Below, piece after piece: positions 10,315-22,870 of a stretch of 44,082 nt of DNA (positions are counted from its first letter, which is position 1; each line of letters opens with the position of its first letter). The position numbers were made by a program, and so were the translations under genes. The notes beneath the pieces were generated by a model. That model ran no database searches. It saw only the letters and a list, made by a program, of their open reading frames with translations, and had not been told where the DNA came from. The stretch is from contig NW_005201286.1 in NCBI RefSeq assembly GCF_000372725.1, positions 350,953 to 395,034 on the forward strand, in the 5' to 3' direction. Origin of the DNA: Emiliania huxleyi CCMP1516. Its lineage: Eukaryota.

Positions 10315-12293
10315 TCACACCCGCTGCGACGACTCCTTCGTCGGCAGCTCCCCAAAATCGACCTCGGCCTCGCCTCCCGCCTCGCCGTCCTCCTCGAGCG
10401 CGCGGAAGGCTCTGCTCCCCGCGCGGGCGAGGCTGCCGCCCTCTCCGCCCGACGGCTTGCCCTTGCGCGCGGAGGTCGAGAAGAGCAGCGCCTTGGACTC
10501 GGTCCTGGAGAAGGGGAGGAGGTTTGGAAGGTGGCGGTGGCGGTGCTAGCCGCGGGACGAGGGGCCTGGTGGAGTCGGGGACTGTCTCACAGTCCGGAGG
10601 CACTCCACGCTTGTGGACGAGACTCGTGTCCGGAGTCGAAATGGAGTCTGAAACGGCAATGTCTAAGGCGGTGTCTGGGAAGTGTCTCGGAAGTGTCCGG
10701 GACGTGTCACCTCTCCGGCGAAGCGAGCGACGCGTCCGACTGGACGCTGGCGCGCAGCCCGTCCGGCGCGGCGGGCTTGTCTGGCGGCGGCTCGTCTAGC
10801 GGCGAGAGCTCGATCGCCTCTGCGTCGTCGGACGGCGGGCACCAGTCCTCCGCGACGGCCGGCATGCCTGCGCCATGGACACGCACCAGTCAGCGCGGGG
10901 AAGACGGCATCTGCAAGGGGTACGCGCAAGCGAGTACGGCGGAATACAGCCGAACACCGCTACAGCCGTGCCCTCTCGAGCGCTAGTTGGCGGACAGGGT
11001 ATGCGGCGTCTCTAGGTCAGCGTGCCGCTGCCCCGCGCGTGATTGCCGTCGAGGCGGTGCTTGGCGAGGGCGCGCCTGGCCAGGCAGGGGGAGGGCGTGA
11101 AGCGCCGCGCTTGACGGAAGGGGAGGGCGTGAAACGGCGCGCCGCGCGAGCGTCGCCACTCGCAGCGCGAGCGCGAGCGATGCGAGCAGGCCTGTGGCGA
11201 GCATGTGGGGACTGTCGCGAGCGTCATCGGCCCGCCACGAGGAGGGGAGAGGGGAGAGAGGAGAGAGGAGAGAGGGGAGAGGGGAGAGAGGGGCGCGGGG
11301 CGGTGGCGCGCCGACGGCGGTGAGCGAGATCATGAGCGGGTCCTCGTGCGAAGCGTCGGCGAGCTCGGCCGTCACCTAACACACCTTGGGATCGGCCGCT
11401 CACGGGTCAGTCAATGGCCGGGACGTCGAGCAGCCGAGCAGCGGTGGTTGCCTTGGCCGCGTAGGCGTACGGAAGGTTGCCAGGCACGATCCCCACGGCC
11501 GTCGTCCACAAGTAGTGCGGCTGCGAGGGAGGGTGGGGCGGAGGAGGAGGGGGGGAGGGCTTCAGGGCAGGTCCGCCCTTCCGCACACGCTCACAGCGGG
11601 TTCCACGCTCACAGCGGGTTCCCGTGGACACGTGGCTGAGGCGACTGCTGATGCGACTGCTGATGCGGCTACTGCCGTCACATGCTCTCGCGGGCGCCAT
11701 GCGCAGACCCCCGAGCCGACCGCGCGCAGTGATCGGTGTGGAAAGACTGGCCCACTCGCGGTGGGTGACTAGCTTGCTCCTCGCGCCTGCGAGAGGGAGG
11801 TGAGCGAGAGCAGCACGTTTGTGAGCACCATCGGCGAGAGAGGCGACAGCCGGATCAGCAGCGCGAGCACGGGGCCGTCGGCGGTGAGCGCGGCGTCGAG
11901 CGCCTGCCAGCGCGCCTTGCCCTTGCTGCCGAGCGCGCCGAGCATGCACGGCCGGCAGAAGCTGCGCGTCAGCAGCAGGGCGACATAGGCGCCCACCACA
12001 GAGCTGGAGACGTTGAGCGCCATGCCCGCGGCGATGCCGAAGAGGAGAGCGCCGGCGGCGATTAGCGGCCCCGCAAGCGGGATCGGGATGACGGAGCAGA
12101 TCACCACGTTGAGCAGAAAGTATACCAAAGCGCGCTCGGCGTCGCTGCCGGGCAGCGAGTTGATGTCGACGCCGAGGATTACGTGTGGCGTGGCCCAGTC
12201 GGTGGCGTTCACGCCGCCGCTCGCGTTGCTCGAGGCCATGGCCGCGTCCTCGCTACCGGAGGCCATGGCCGCGTCCTCGCTGATCGAGCCCAT
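10315..12293 (-). CDS. VTT/DedA (TVP38/TMEM64-like) membrane protein; 3' exons uncertain
   Basis: IPIPLAGPLIAAGALLFG...SVVGAYVALLLTR...LLIRLSPLSPMVLTN...YLWTTAVGIVPGNLPYAY are VTT-domain motifs. Confidence 0.8.
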
Positions 12294-12542
12294 ATGTTTA
12301 CACGTAGATGCGAGGCCGTGCAGGACGCTGGGCGGACGCGGTGTCGGTTCGTTTCGGTTTTTTCTTCTCTTTTAAATAAGGGGGGAAGAAAAGGCTACTG
12401 GCGGGAGGCGGCTAGCGCTAGCCCCACCGTCTTCACCACCACTGGCACTTCTTTCAAAAACACAACCCCGGCACCAAGACACTTCTTTCACCGTCTTGGC
12501 CGTGACATCTGCCCCGTTGGTTGGGGTCTTGGTTCGCTCACC

Positions 12543-14061
12543 ATGCCGCGCCAGCTCTCGGTCGACCTGACCGTGCAGCTCTCTGCGGAGGAGGCGCTGC
12601 GTGTGCACCGCGACTTTGACTTCATGCACTTCACCACGCAGCAGGACGGGCAGGCGGTTGCGCTGCAGAGCGAGGAGGAAAGCTGCGACCAAGGCGAGGC
12701 GCGGGTGGTGCGCGTCTTCAACATGGTTTTTGTCATCGACCCCATCCCGAGCGGGCTGCGCGGGCTCGTCTCTCGCGAGAAGGTGCAGCCGGTCCTGCGC
12801 GAGGAGTGGTGGCCGGCCAGGAACGACGAGGAGCGGCCGATCCACTTCACGTCGACGGTGCCCTTCTTCGGCCACCGCCTCAAAGTCGAAGGCCGCCAGT
12901 GGTTCAGCGCGGCGCCCGACGGCTCGAACAGTTGCACGTACAGCGCTCGCGCCACCGTCACCTCGGCTCTGGTGCCGGGCTTCAACTCGCTCATCGAGAA
13001 GGAGGCGATCTCCAAGCTGGAGCACGCCGTCACAACCTTCTGCGACCGCGCGCCCCGCTTCCTCGGCCAGCAGCGCCGCGACCGATCGCCGCAGGGGCCC
13101 GACCGACACGACAGAGCCGCAGAGCCGTCTCCGCCGCTTCCTCCGCCGCAGCCGCCGCAGCCGCAGCCGCCGCAGCAGCAGCCGCCTCAGCCGCCTCCTC
13201 CGGCCACCGGTCGCCGGCCGCCGGTGCGGCCACTCCGGAGCGCGTCGCTCGAGTCGCTCGAGCCGTGGGTGCCTGTCTGGGGCGGTAGATGCGGAAACAT
13301 GACACACCGCGTACTCAAACGAGCGGCCCGGAGTACAGACGCGTGTTTGGCGGTGTGCACGCGATGCTCCCAAGTACACACCGCTCGATGCCGTACTCAC
13401 CCCCTGGCTGCGCTTTGCCCGTGGCGCAGGTTCAGGACTTCCTCGAAGGCGCGAGCGCGGTGATGGCGGCGCCGATGCAGGCGGCGGCCGGCTCCGCTCC
13501 CCTCTCGACGGCGCTGCAGCTCGACGAGGACGCGAGCGCTAATTCACAAGGTAATTGATTGATACGAATTCATAGGCGCTGCAGCTCGACGAGCTCTCGG
13601 AGGAGGCGCCGGTGCCGTGCAGCTGCTTCTGCGTCCTCTACCGGCAGCTGAGTGCGTGCGCCGCTTCGGTCTCCGCACTTGCGCACCTCGCTCTCCCACC
13701 ATGCATGTGTGTCTACGCTGCGCACCGGTCTTTGTGGTAGGTCTCCACCTCGTACACCTCCCTCTCGACAGCGAGCACGCCGGCGGCATCGGACGGGCCC
13801 ACGCCGCCGCCCGCTCGCAAGGCTTCGATCGGGGCGCCCACCGCCGCCGCGCTGCAGCGGGGCGTGCAGCGCGCCGTCGAGCGAGGCGTGCCGCGAGGGC
13901 GGCCGGAACCTTGCCTGAGAGGGCTCGCTCAGCCCTCGCTCAGCCCTTCTGCAGGCGTCCAGCTCGCCCGCCCGCCCGCGAGGGTGCCTGCCCGCGACCC
14001 GATGCGGCAGGGGCTCCGCCTCGCGCCGGAGGACGACGACTTTGGAGAGATCATCGAGTAG
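12543..14061 (+). CDS. START/VASt-like lipid-binding fold protein with low-complexity C-terminus; multi-exon
   Basis: MPRQLSVDLTVQLSAEEALRVHRDFDF...STVPFFGHRLKVEGRQWF...CTYSARATV...FNSLIEKEAISKL resembles the helix-grip fold pattern; GC-AG introns 13511-13575 and 13886-13954. Confidence 0.5.
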
Positions 14062-15106
14062 CGGGCCGACGTAGCGAGCTGCCGGTCGGTCGCCGTCCAG
14101 GCAGGGACTAGACGTCGTTTGGGTATTCGGGAGCCGCGCGCGTTTTGCAGCGCGTCGCGCGCCCCACAGCCATGCCATGCGTGTGAAGTGCGCTAATGAG
14201 TATAATGTGGCTCCCCGCCACCCGTACCGGGTGTGCCGTGGGGGCTCGTGTGTGACGACAGTGATGCTCTTGTGTGTTTATTATTATCGACCGCGGCCTC
14301 GACCGGCGGAGGGGGGGGCTCGACCCGTCGTTCGACCCGTCGTTCTGTGTGCCCGCTCTGACGCGCCGGCCGCCGCCCGTCCCGCCGTGTCGCGCGGGGT
14401 CGAGACGCGTCCTCGCGCCTCGGCCTCGCCCCTCGCCCTGCGCTCCAGTCCAACGACGCCGTCCCATCGTGGTTCGTGCGGGGGGGGGTGCTCTGGCCGC
14501 TCTGTCTCGCGCTCCCCACGCCGGCGGCACCGGCTCGCGGCGCGCAGCCCGCCCGGCCAGCCGCGAGGGCGACGCCCGACGGCGGCGACAACGGCGGCGG
14601 CGGTGTCAACCCGCGCCAGCGAGGCAGAGGGGGTTGTGCTTGTGAGTTGCGTCTCCTCACCCGCGTGAGGTGTGAGCAGGCGTCGTCGGCCCGGCCAGCG
14701 ACGCAGCGAGGCAGAGGCGGCCGTCGAGGGGGGCGCCGCTCTCTTCCTTCTTTGGCGGCTACGAGCGCAAGGCGACCGCAGGCGAGCGGCTGGAGAGCCA
14801 GGGAGGGGTATGTGTGTATGGAGACTGGAGAGTGGAGTGGGGCTGGGGGGGGGGGGGTGAGACGGCTTGTTGCAACCTGTACACTGTAGGTTGGTCCGGT
14901 CGCGTGGGACTCGTCCGGCCGCTTCACTGCGCCAGCGCCGGCGGCCGGAGTTACTTTCATTCAAACGCGCACGGCACCTTAGCGCACCGGACCCGCAACA
15001 ACCCACATGGCACATCACCCTGTTTGTCCGAATCAAACGCACAAGAGCGCGAAGGCTTCGCACTCACCCTCTAGAGTAACGTCATTCTTCTTCGGATCAC
15101 ACATCT

Positions 15107-16936
15107 CTACAGCTCGTCGTGTTCGAGGTCGGCCAGCGTGAGGTTGATCGGGCGGAGGGTGCCGCCGTAGTTCTCGTCGTCCGTTCCGAGGAAGGTCATC
15201 GGGCCGCTCACGGCGCTTGCCTCGCCGTTGTAGTACATGTTGACAGGCACCTTGTCGGCCCTTGCCACGGCCTCGACCTTGAAGCCGTTCACCTGCTTGC
15301 GGGGCGAAAGCAGTCTGTCCCAGCATCTCATATCGCGGGGCCCCATCTCATCATCTCGCGTCGCCTCGGCGAACATCGTTGGCTCGGGGTAGATCTCCAC
15401 CATGGGAAACCCCCAAAATTCCGGATGAAAAGTGAGCTCGCCGATCTTGTACACCGCGGAGTTGTAGGGGCCGAAGTCGCCCACGTCGGTGTCGTAGGCG
15501 GCCGCCGCGTAGATGCCTAAGGCAAGGATATGGTGGGTGTGTAGCGAGCCAGATGCATCAGCTCCTACCCGCGACGCCAAACGCCGCGGGGCGAGGTTGG
15601 TAGCAACACGAGGCTAATATTGCGGACACACGCCTCCGGAGTCGTCGACGTCGAGAGAGACGATGGGCCGGTTGAGGGTTTGGTTCATGGGCGGAGGGAG
15701 GGCGAAGCTTTTGCTATCGAAGCCGCCAGGGCGCCCGATGGAGACGGTGTTGTTCGCGTCGAGAACGAGATCGGTGTACTTCCGAGTTTGGGGGGGGGGG
15801 GGGGGGGTGATGCGTGAGAGTGCGCGTGCGTGTGTGCAGGAAGAGGGTGGGCGATCGGTGGAGCTGTGCGAAGATGCGGGGGATTGGTTCGCACGTGAAT
15901 GGTCGTCGACTCGCGCTCGGCCCACAGAAACACATAGAGGTCCGGTGCCCCGGGAGCAGGTGCTGGCCACTTGCCCACAGCGGTGGCCTCGACGTTCATT
16001 GGCACACCCGAGGACGTCTTGTTCGCTGGCGAACCATTGGAATTGACCCATCCGGGATAGAACTCCGTCCAGTAGATCTCTTGCTTGATCGTGACGGTCG
16101 GCTTCGCTCCGGCGGTCACCTGCAGCGAGGGGAGCTCTCAAGACAGGGTTGCCCCGATCCTAACCCTCTACTCACTTCTACGGTGCGGCATCGCACCTCC
16201 GACACGTAGATGCGCGGCGGGGGCGTCTCGCAAAAGGCTGGGTCTGTCTTGCTGGCCGTGGCGTCATACCTCCAGGTCGGGTCAGGGAGGCCGTGTTTGG
16301 GGTCAGGCCTGGTGGCGTTGCACGCGTCGTCGGCGGAGTTGCCGCTTTCGCAAAGCAGCACGAGGTTGGTGCCGGGGATGCGGGCGACGCTCTCGAGGTC
16401 GGTGCTGCGGTGGCCGGTGATAATCCCGGGCGGGTCGGGGAAGGCGAGGTCTGTGAACTCGAGGTGCATCAGCCCGCCCTCCAGGCCGTCGGTGGCGTCT
16501 TTCTCCTCCTTCTTGGGCAGCATGAACATGCTCACCTGCGACGAGCAGGGGATCATCGGGACTGTCATCGACAACCGCCACTATTTCGCGGCTCAGAGGA
16601 TCTCACCCGCGTGAAGGGATCGCCGCTCGACAGATCGCTGTCTTCCTTTGGCTTGGCGTCGTGGACGGCGAGGAACTTGCCGTCGCCGCCGGCAATGCCG
16701 CCCAGGTAGGCCATCCCCGAGATGTCAAACACTCCGGGCTGGACAGACTTGAAGCTCGGGGTAACCAGCGGCTCGGGGATCGGCGATGAGGAGAAGAGTG
16801 CCTCGCGCTCGGACGCGACGGCCTTGAACGAGAGAGCCTCTTCGCGCAGCTTGGCGATTTCGATCTTGGCCGCCTCAAGCTCGGCCACGGCGTCGAAGGC
16901 GGGCGCGGCGTGCACAGCGGCAACGAGAGCGAACAT
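15107..16936 (-). CDS. Secretory-pathway protein with C-terminal HDEL; probable beta-propeller (phytase/esterase-like); ~5 exons
   Basis: Hydrophobic N-term MFALVAAVHA; motifs DISGMAY, FLAVHDAK, TDLESVARIPG, NVEATAV, KVEAVA, FLGTDDENYGGTLR; ends LEHDEL*. Confidence 0.65.
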
Positions 16937-17422
16937 GGGCGAGCAAAGGCGGCGAGCAAAGGCGGCGAGTCAGCTGTGGCCGTCGGCCTATATCTGTGGC
17001 AAATTCGGCGGTTCGTTCTGCCCTCGGAGCTATGGGCGTGTCCACGTTGGAGCCAGGTGTGGTGTGGGCGCGAGAATAGCTCCGCCGTTCATGGAGGCAA
17101 CCGATGCGAGTCGACTGGTGTGTGTCGTCGTGGTTTCGTATCAAGAATACTCACTCACTGCCGGCTTCTCCGTCGCCTCTTCGTTGTTTGTCAATCAATC
17201 CATGATCAGACTGATAAAGCCTTCCCATGATCCCGCATGTAGCTAGCGTCCTTTGCGAATGCCTCGATCGAAATGACCAGCAAGCAAGCAGGGTGCAGGC
17301 GCTGGCTGCTTGCTCGTGGTCGGTCTATGCGGGCCCGGGGCCGCCCGTCCTTCCTTCCTCCTCGCCCTCGTGTCGGCCTGATCGAAGAACACCCCTGCGA
17401 TTGATTGAATCCTGCGCATGCT

Positions 17423-17487
17423 CTTGGAGCACTTGGAGTGCAGTCATTAACCGCACGCCCAGGGCCAAGAAGCGTACCCAGCGGGCC
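17423..17487 (+). repeat. Dispersed motif copy A
   Basis: CTTGGAGCACTTGGAGTGCAGTCATTAACCGCAC..CCAGGGCC..AAGAAGC..ACCCAGCGGGCC, matching 39071-39143 and rc 33106-33148. Confidence 0.85.
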
Positions 17488-17589
17488 ATGCATTGTGATG
17501 AGTTCCTTATGGGAGGGATCCGACTGAGGAGGAGGTGGTGGGGGTGGAGGGCGGGGAGGCGGGGGGCGTGCTTGGGGAGATGGGGGATC

Positions 17590-18714
17590 GGGATCGCCGA
17601 TGAATATGTCGTCTGGAATGGTTGTGGCGTTGCTGCCGTCAAGTTTGGTGTCGAGCCACCGCCCCGCGTAAGGCTGCGAAGTTGAGACGTAGCGGATGGA
17701 CTCGCGGTAACGTATCTTGGTGTCACCGGGCTGCCAGTTGGCTGCTGTGTAGTCGTCAAGGGCGCGCCACTCCTTCTGCAGATCGAACCAGTTCCAGATA
17801 GTCTCGATGGCAGCAAGCGCCCGCGTGTACGGGCTTCCTGATTTGCAAGTGCCATCGATGACTGACTCCGGTGTTGGAAGAGACTCAGAAGTGGGGAGGC
17901 TGACGCCCTTGGGGTAGAACTCAGAGATTTTGCCGCCGCGCAAGGTGTAGTAGATGTTGTCGTCGCGCGCGGCTCGGATGGAGGCCACCTCGTCTCGCCT
18001 CGAGAGCGCGGCTCTGTACGAGTTGACGGCGGCGTCCCGTGCGCCGTACCCGCCGCAGCGCTCGGCTTCGGCGAGGTCTGGGCTGCAGGCCACAAGCTTT
18101 GACCAGCATTTGAGGAGGGAGTTGTGGTAGGCTTCGGCCGGGCCGCGCACGCCCGTGCGGCCCTCCCCCGTGTCGTTAAGCACGCCGACCGAGGTGACGC
18201 CCGTGTCGACGCCGGAGCCTCCAGTGATGGTAGGGAGCATGGCCTGCCTCCAACCCAGGTCTTTGTATTTCGCAGGAGTATCCTCGGCCTCCGTGAGTAG
18301 TTCCCACGATTTGCGAATCCGGTTGCTACCGTCGATGGCCGGGCCCTCGCTGATCTCTGGTGGCGTGACGGAGCAAATGTACTTCGTCTTTGGGCAGGCC
18401 TGACGGGTGATGAGGTTGTACTTGAGGTGTCCAACGTTCTGAATGCCCTCGGTGCATTCGAGCGTGTCGATGAAGTCGAGCGGACGGAGGTTTTTGGCGA
18501 GGCGTTTGCCAATCGCCTCCGAGGCAGCCTCTGTGTCGCCGAGGTAGGTTCCGACGATTTTGAAGCAGGCCTCGCGTCCGGTGAGGTTCCCGTCCTCGTC
18601 TCGGTGGTGCGGCGAGCCGACCATGAAGGGGGGTACGCAGTCGAGGTCGCCGCTCGGAGAGTAGATGATGCACTTCTCCTCGTTGTCGAGGTTGCCAGCG
18701 ACATCTTTTTGCAC
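17590..18714 (-). mobile_element. Truncated non-LTR retrotransposon, C-terminal RT/thumb region, CRE/SLACS-like
   Basis: GNLDNEEKC..FKIVGTYLGD..LITRQACPKTKYICSVTPP..WRQAMLPTITGGSG..SQPYAGRWL follow the post-YxDD motif order of CRE-clade elements. Lower GC, intronless; no YxDD or endonuclease visible. Confidence 0.65.
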
Positions 18715-18860
18715 CTCGCTCCATTGTACGATAAAGGCTGCAGAATCGTCGGGTCGAACTTCGCTGGCCCGCCGCGTGTGTCCGTCCGAACTTCCCTGTG
18801 AGAGCCCTCCAGGCCGAGCTGGGACATCTCACCGGACACCGTCACCGGCCAACCTGCACC

Positions 18861-19379
18861 ATGAGCCGCGCTGCGGCCGGGAAAGCCAACGATTCGGAGC
18901 AGAATGACCCAGACGATGTGCCGCCGCTCGTTCCGATGCGCGAGCCGCTCGAGGAGGAGTCGAACCCCTCAGCCTCTGCTCGGGAGGGGGAGGCCGAGCT
19001 TGCTCGCTCTCCTGGCGGGTCCAACCGCCACATCATGACCACGAGATGCGAGCCAAGCCAGCCTGACCCATTCCCCACCGCCGCTGTCCGTGGCCGTCAC
19101 ATCCTTACCCGAAAGGAGTACCTTGCGAACTTTGAGGGCGACACAGCGGGGTGGGCGCAATACCAGGAGGACCAATACTACGCTGAGAGGGGCGTCTCCC
19201 TCACGGCGGATGCCGAGGAGAGACTCAAGACCAATACGTGGGAGACGCTCGGCCAAGCGAAGGCCCGGCTCTTTGATACGCGAGTCCGCTCGCCGAACAA
19301 TCGTCCGACCAAGCTGAGCAAGGAGGCCAACGATGCTCGAACTTGTAGGCGACGGGAGAGTAGGCTGCTGAGCCAATGA
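18861..19379 (+). CDS. Hypothetical intronless ORF adjoining the retroelement fragment
   Basis: MSRAAAGKANDSEQNDPDDVPPLVP...YLANFEGDTAGWAQYQEDQYYAE; protein-like composition. Confidence 0.3.
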   Translation: MSRAAAGKANDSEQNDPDDVPPLVPMREPLEEESNPSASAREGEAELARSPGGSNRHIMTTRCEPSQPDPFPTAAVRGRHILTRKEYLANFEGDTAGWAQYQEDQYYAERGVSLTADAEERLKTNTWETLGQAKARLFDTRVRSPNNRPTKLSKEANDARTCRRRESRLLSQ

Positions 19380-19498
19380 TGCCAATCATGTCGCACATTT
19401 GGGGACAGTCGAGATATGAGCAATGGGGAGATGTGGGTAGATGGGGATAGGGGAGCGTTGGACTCCGAATCGCCGTGGGACGTGAGGGGAAGACTGCA

Positions 19499-19506
19499 CT
19501 CTCTCT

Positions 19507-19605
<99 letters not shown>

Positions 19606-19606
19606 C

Positions 19607-19667
<61 letters not shown>
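19499..19667. repeat. Compound (CT)n(GT)n microsatellite
   Basis: Directly visible. Confidence 0.95.
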
Positions 19668-19668
<1 letters not shown>

Positions 19669-20168
19669 AACTAAATAGCCGTGTCCGCGGCAATGGCCAA
19701 TGCGTGTCGTATGAGATTCAAGATTGTTGACGAGCGGATCAGTACCGTGATAAAGTTAAAGGCGTCGGCGACCGGGGGGCGGGCGTTGAGTCAGCAGTCT
19801 GTCTGTGCTCGGACAAGAGTTTTAATCAGTTCGACTCTCTCTCTCCATGAGAAAAGCCACAGACCACAGCGCTTCGAATTGCGTGTACCAGAGAGGAGAG
19901 TGTGGGAGCTGTGGGAGCGCCCAATCGATATCGTTTGTGCTCTCGACGTGGTCTCGAGTTACGAGTGTCGTCTGTGTGTGACCTTTCCTATCATGCCTCT
20001 AATGCTTCGTTGTCCATCGTCCGCTGCTGTACAACTCTGGCCTCTTCTCCTTCGCAAGGGCCCCGCCCCGCCCCGAGCGGGGGCGGGGCCCGCGCAGCCG
20101 CTTCTAGTATTACTGACTCGCGAACTTCCCTCTCAACACGAACGGTGGTGGGCGGGATATGCGCCAAC

Positions 20169-20654
20169 ATGGGCCTCACGCTCTCAGAGCTTGAACAGAT
20201 CCGAGAGGAGGCCATGGCGGAGGACGTCCAAATTGATCTCGAGCGCATGAGTGGCTGGACTCGGGCCGAGGCGGAGCGATATTTCGAAAACGGTGGGGAG
20301 GAGGAGCATGAGTTGACGGCATGGTTACGGCGGCTCGACTGCCTCCGTTGCGAAGCGAGCATGCGCCATCAATTTGCAACCCTCGGCGCGTTGCAGATCG
20401 CTGTATCTGGTGGCGGTGGCGCCTTCATCGCTAATCTACTGAAGAGCGTCCCAGGCGAGTGCCGAGAGCGGCTGCGCACAGCCTTGGCGCTTTGGCTAAG
20501 CCCGAGTGCTACCAGTGCAATCAAGGCTCTTGCGCACGACGCGTCTTCGGCGGGAGCCAACAGCTTCTCGTCCTCTACTGTGCTCAGCAGCGCCAGCGGC
20601 TTCTCCTTTTCCACATCGTCCGTCGAGGGCGGCGAGGTCTGCGCACCACGCTGA
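20169..20654 (+). CDS. Small hypothetical protein: acidic N-terminal helical motif plus possible SAM-like segment
   Basis: MGLTLSELEQIREEAMAEDVQIDLERMSGWTRAEAERYFENGG then LTAWLRRLDC. Confidence 0.45.
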   Translation: MGLTLSELEQIREEAMAEDVQIDLERMSGWTRAEAERYFENGGEEEHELTAWLRRLDCLRCEASMRHQFATLGALQIAVSGGGGAFIANLLKSVPGECRERLRTALALWLSPSATSAIKALAHDASSAGANSFSSSTVLSSASGFSFSTSSVEGGEVCAPR

Positions 20655-21242
20655 CCGATTTGCTCCCTCAGTGCCCCGCACCAACCGCCCCGCCGCGGAA
20701 TGCCAGGCTCGCTCGTCTGGATGGTCTCTCCTCAGCTCGCCGGTGATGTCACATTCCTCGCGGAGGATAAGTCCCACACCGAGCAAGCAGCTCTAGATGC
20801 CATGCCTTGTCTCTCCTCACGCCTCGCCGGTGACATGTCTCACATTCGCGGAGGAGGATAAGCCCCACGCCAAGCAAGCAGCTCTAGAAATAGATGCCAA
20901 CTTCCCGAGACTAGCAGTGAAGACGCCCAGTCGTTCTCGTCCCTCGCAAGTCTCACTCTACTCCCGCCATGCTCGCCCAAACCGCAGGCCAATTCTCGCT
21001 GCATGACGACGAGCGAATTTCAGATGTGCCGTGAGTCGCCTTCAGTCCTCGGTGACGGTGTCGGACCTCGCCCCTGCACGCTGCAGCGACCCAGAACTTT
21101 GCAACTGCATGACACACAGGCGTATTCACGTAGTACTAGTCTAGCTAGCTACCGAGTTTTTGTACATGGCAAAATTCGACTCCAAAATTCGACTCCAAGA
21201 GCGCATTCGCACGCACACGGACACGCACGCCACGTCACGCCG

Positions 21243-21959
21243 CTACCTCAGACAGCGAAACATCAGGATCGCGAGCGGTGTGGCAACAGCATACCCCAAA
21301 TTCCCAACCAGCAGCGCCGGCGTCTTGAGCCCCTCCCACCCGCAGCCCACTGCGAGCGCGCACGCGGTCGCGGGCCCGCCGATGTTTGCGTTGCTTGCGG
21401 TCAGCAGCAGCGAGAGCGGCAGCTCGGGCGCGCCCCCGACGAGCGCGTCGCACATCCCGCCCTCGGCCTTGGGCGGAGCGGCGCAGGCGCGGCGCGCGGC
21501 ACGCAGCAGCGCGCCCAGCCCGAGGACTACGCTGAGGTGGACAAGGTAGAGGAGGAGGAGGAAGGCGAGCAGCAGAGGCGCCCCGCCCAGGATGGTGCCA
21601 AAATCGCCCCCGACCCAGCCCGCCTGAAGGAGAGGAGCACCCAATCAAGACGAGGGATGCGGGTCCAGCCCCCGCCGCGGGGCCAGCCCCCGCCGTCGCA
21701 AAGAAGAGGTAGAGCGCGAGTGTGCCCAACTTCTCGGCGGCGGCCGTCAGCGGCGCGAGAGCGGCGGGGAAGGCGGTGGCGGCCGCGACGGTGAGCGCTG
21801 TGGCGACGGGCAAGTCGTACCCCGGCACGGGGCAGAGGCGGCGGCTCAGCGCGACGGCCGCCACGCCCAGCGCCAAGGCGGACCCAAGCCGCGCGACGGA
21901 TGCCTCGTCCCCGCCGTCCTCCGCCTCCTCCGCCGTCTCCACCTCGCCGCTACCGCCCG

Positions 21960-21996
<37 letters not shown>

Positions 21997-22870
21997 TTCC
22001 GCTTCCGCCCCAGCCTCGCCGGCGTAGGGGTCGGGCTCGTCCCGCCCCAGGTACGAGCACAAGGGGAAGTAGACCAGCGCCATCACGTTGTCCGCGGCGA
22101 GCGCTGCAGCCAGCGGCGCCGGAGAGAGGCCGAGCGCGCCGGCCACCTGTCTCGACACACGGAGCGTCAAGGCAGAGACCTCCCTCCAACACGAGGCCCA
22201 GCGCAGCCCCGGCCACCGCCACAAAGTTGAGCCCGCCGCCGATATTCTTGGCCGCGAGTGCCGCGACCACCTTGAGCGCATCGGCGCCAAAGGCAGACGC
22301 CAGCGGTCCGCGCAGCGCCGCCCAGCCCGCTAGTGTGCCGAGCACCGTGCCCAGGCAGCCGAGGGCAAAGGCGGGCATCAGTCGGCCGGCGCGGCTCGCT
22401 ATCGCGCGCAGGTTGGCGCCGAAGAGGAGGAGCGGCGTCGCGAGGCGCACCGCAAGGCCCTGCGCCGCGCTCACTGGCGCCGACGCCGGCGGAAGCGCGC
22501 CCGTGCCCGCCGCCACGAAGGTGAGGCCCATCGCGCAGATCGGCCCCGTCGCAAGCCTCCCGAGCTTGGTGGAGACGCCGAGGCGGTAGCCGGTGGCGGC
22601 GGCCGTGGTGAGCACCGTGTAGAGCAGCCACTGGTCCGACGCAGCATCCGCCAGCAGGCTGGCGCGCGGAGTGCCGCAGCGGGCGGTGGTCGCCGTTCCG
22701 GCGGTACGCAGACGCTGACCAGCCGGGTTCTCCGGCAGCGAGGACCGCAGCAGTGGCGCCGTCCGCAGGTGGACGGCGCGGCTAAGCGTTGGCAGCAGCA
22801 CGCCGCGATGCGTTGGCGAGTGAGCAGTGGCGGTGGCGAGGCTGGTCAGGAGGAGGAGAAGCGGGAGCAT
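21243..22870 (-). CDS. DUF819-family membrane protein, probably plastid-targeted; introns 22147-22216 and 21624-21693
   Basis: Signal peptide MLPLLLLLTSLATATA plus Arg/Ser-rich transit-like stretch; LATPLLLFGANL, ALAAKNIGGGLNFVA, AADNVMALVYFP, LTASNANIGGPATA, PALLVGNLGYAVAT. Confidence 0.85.

Noticed and set aside
14110..15060. Additional gene between the START-like and HDEL genes
   Set aside because: Only low-complexity ORFs with no supportable product
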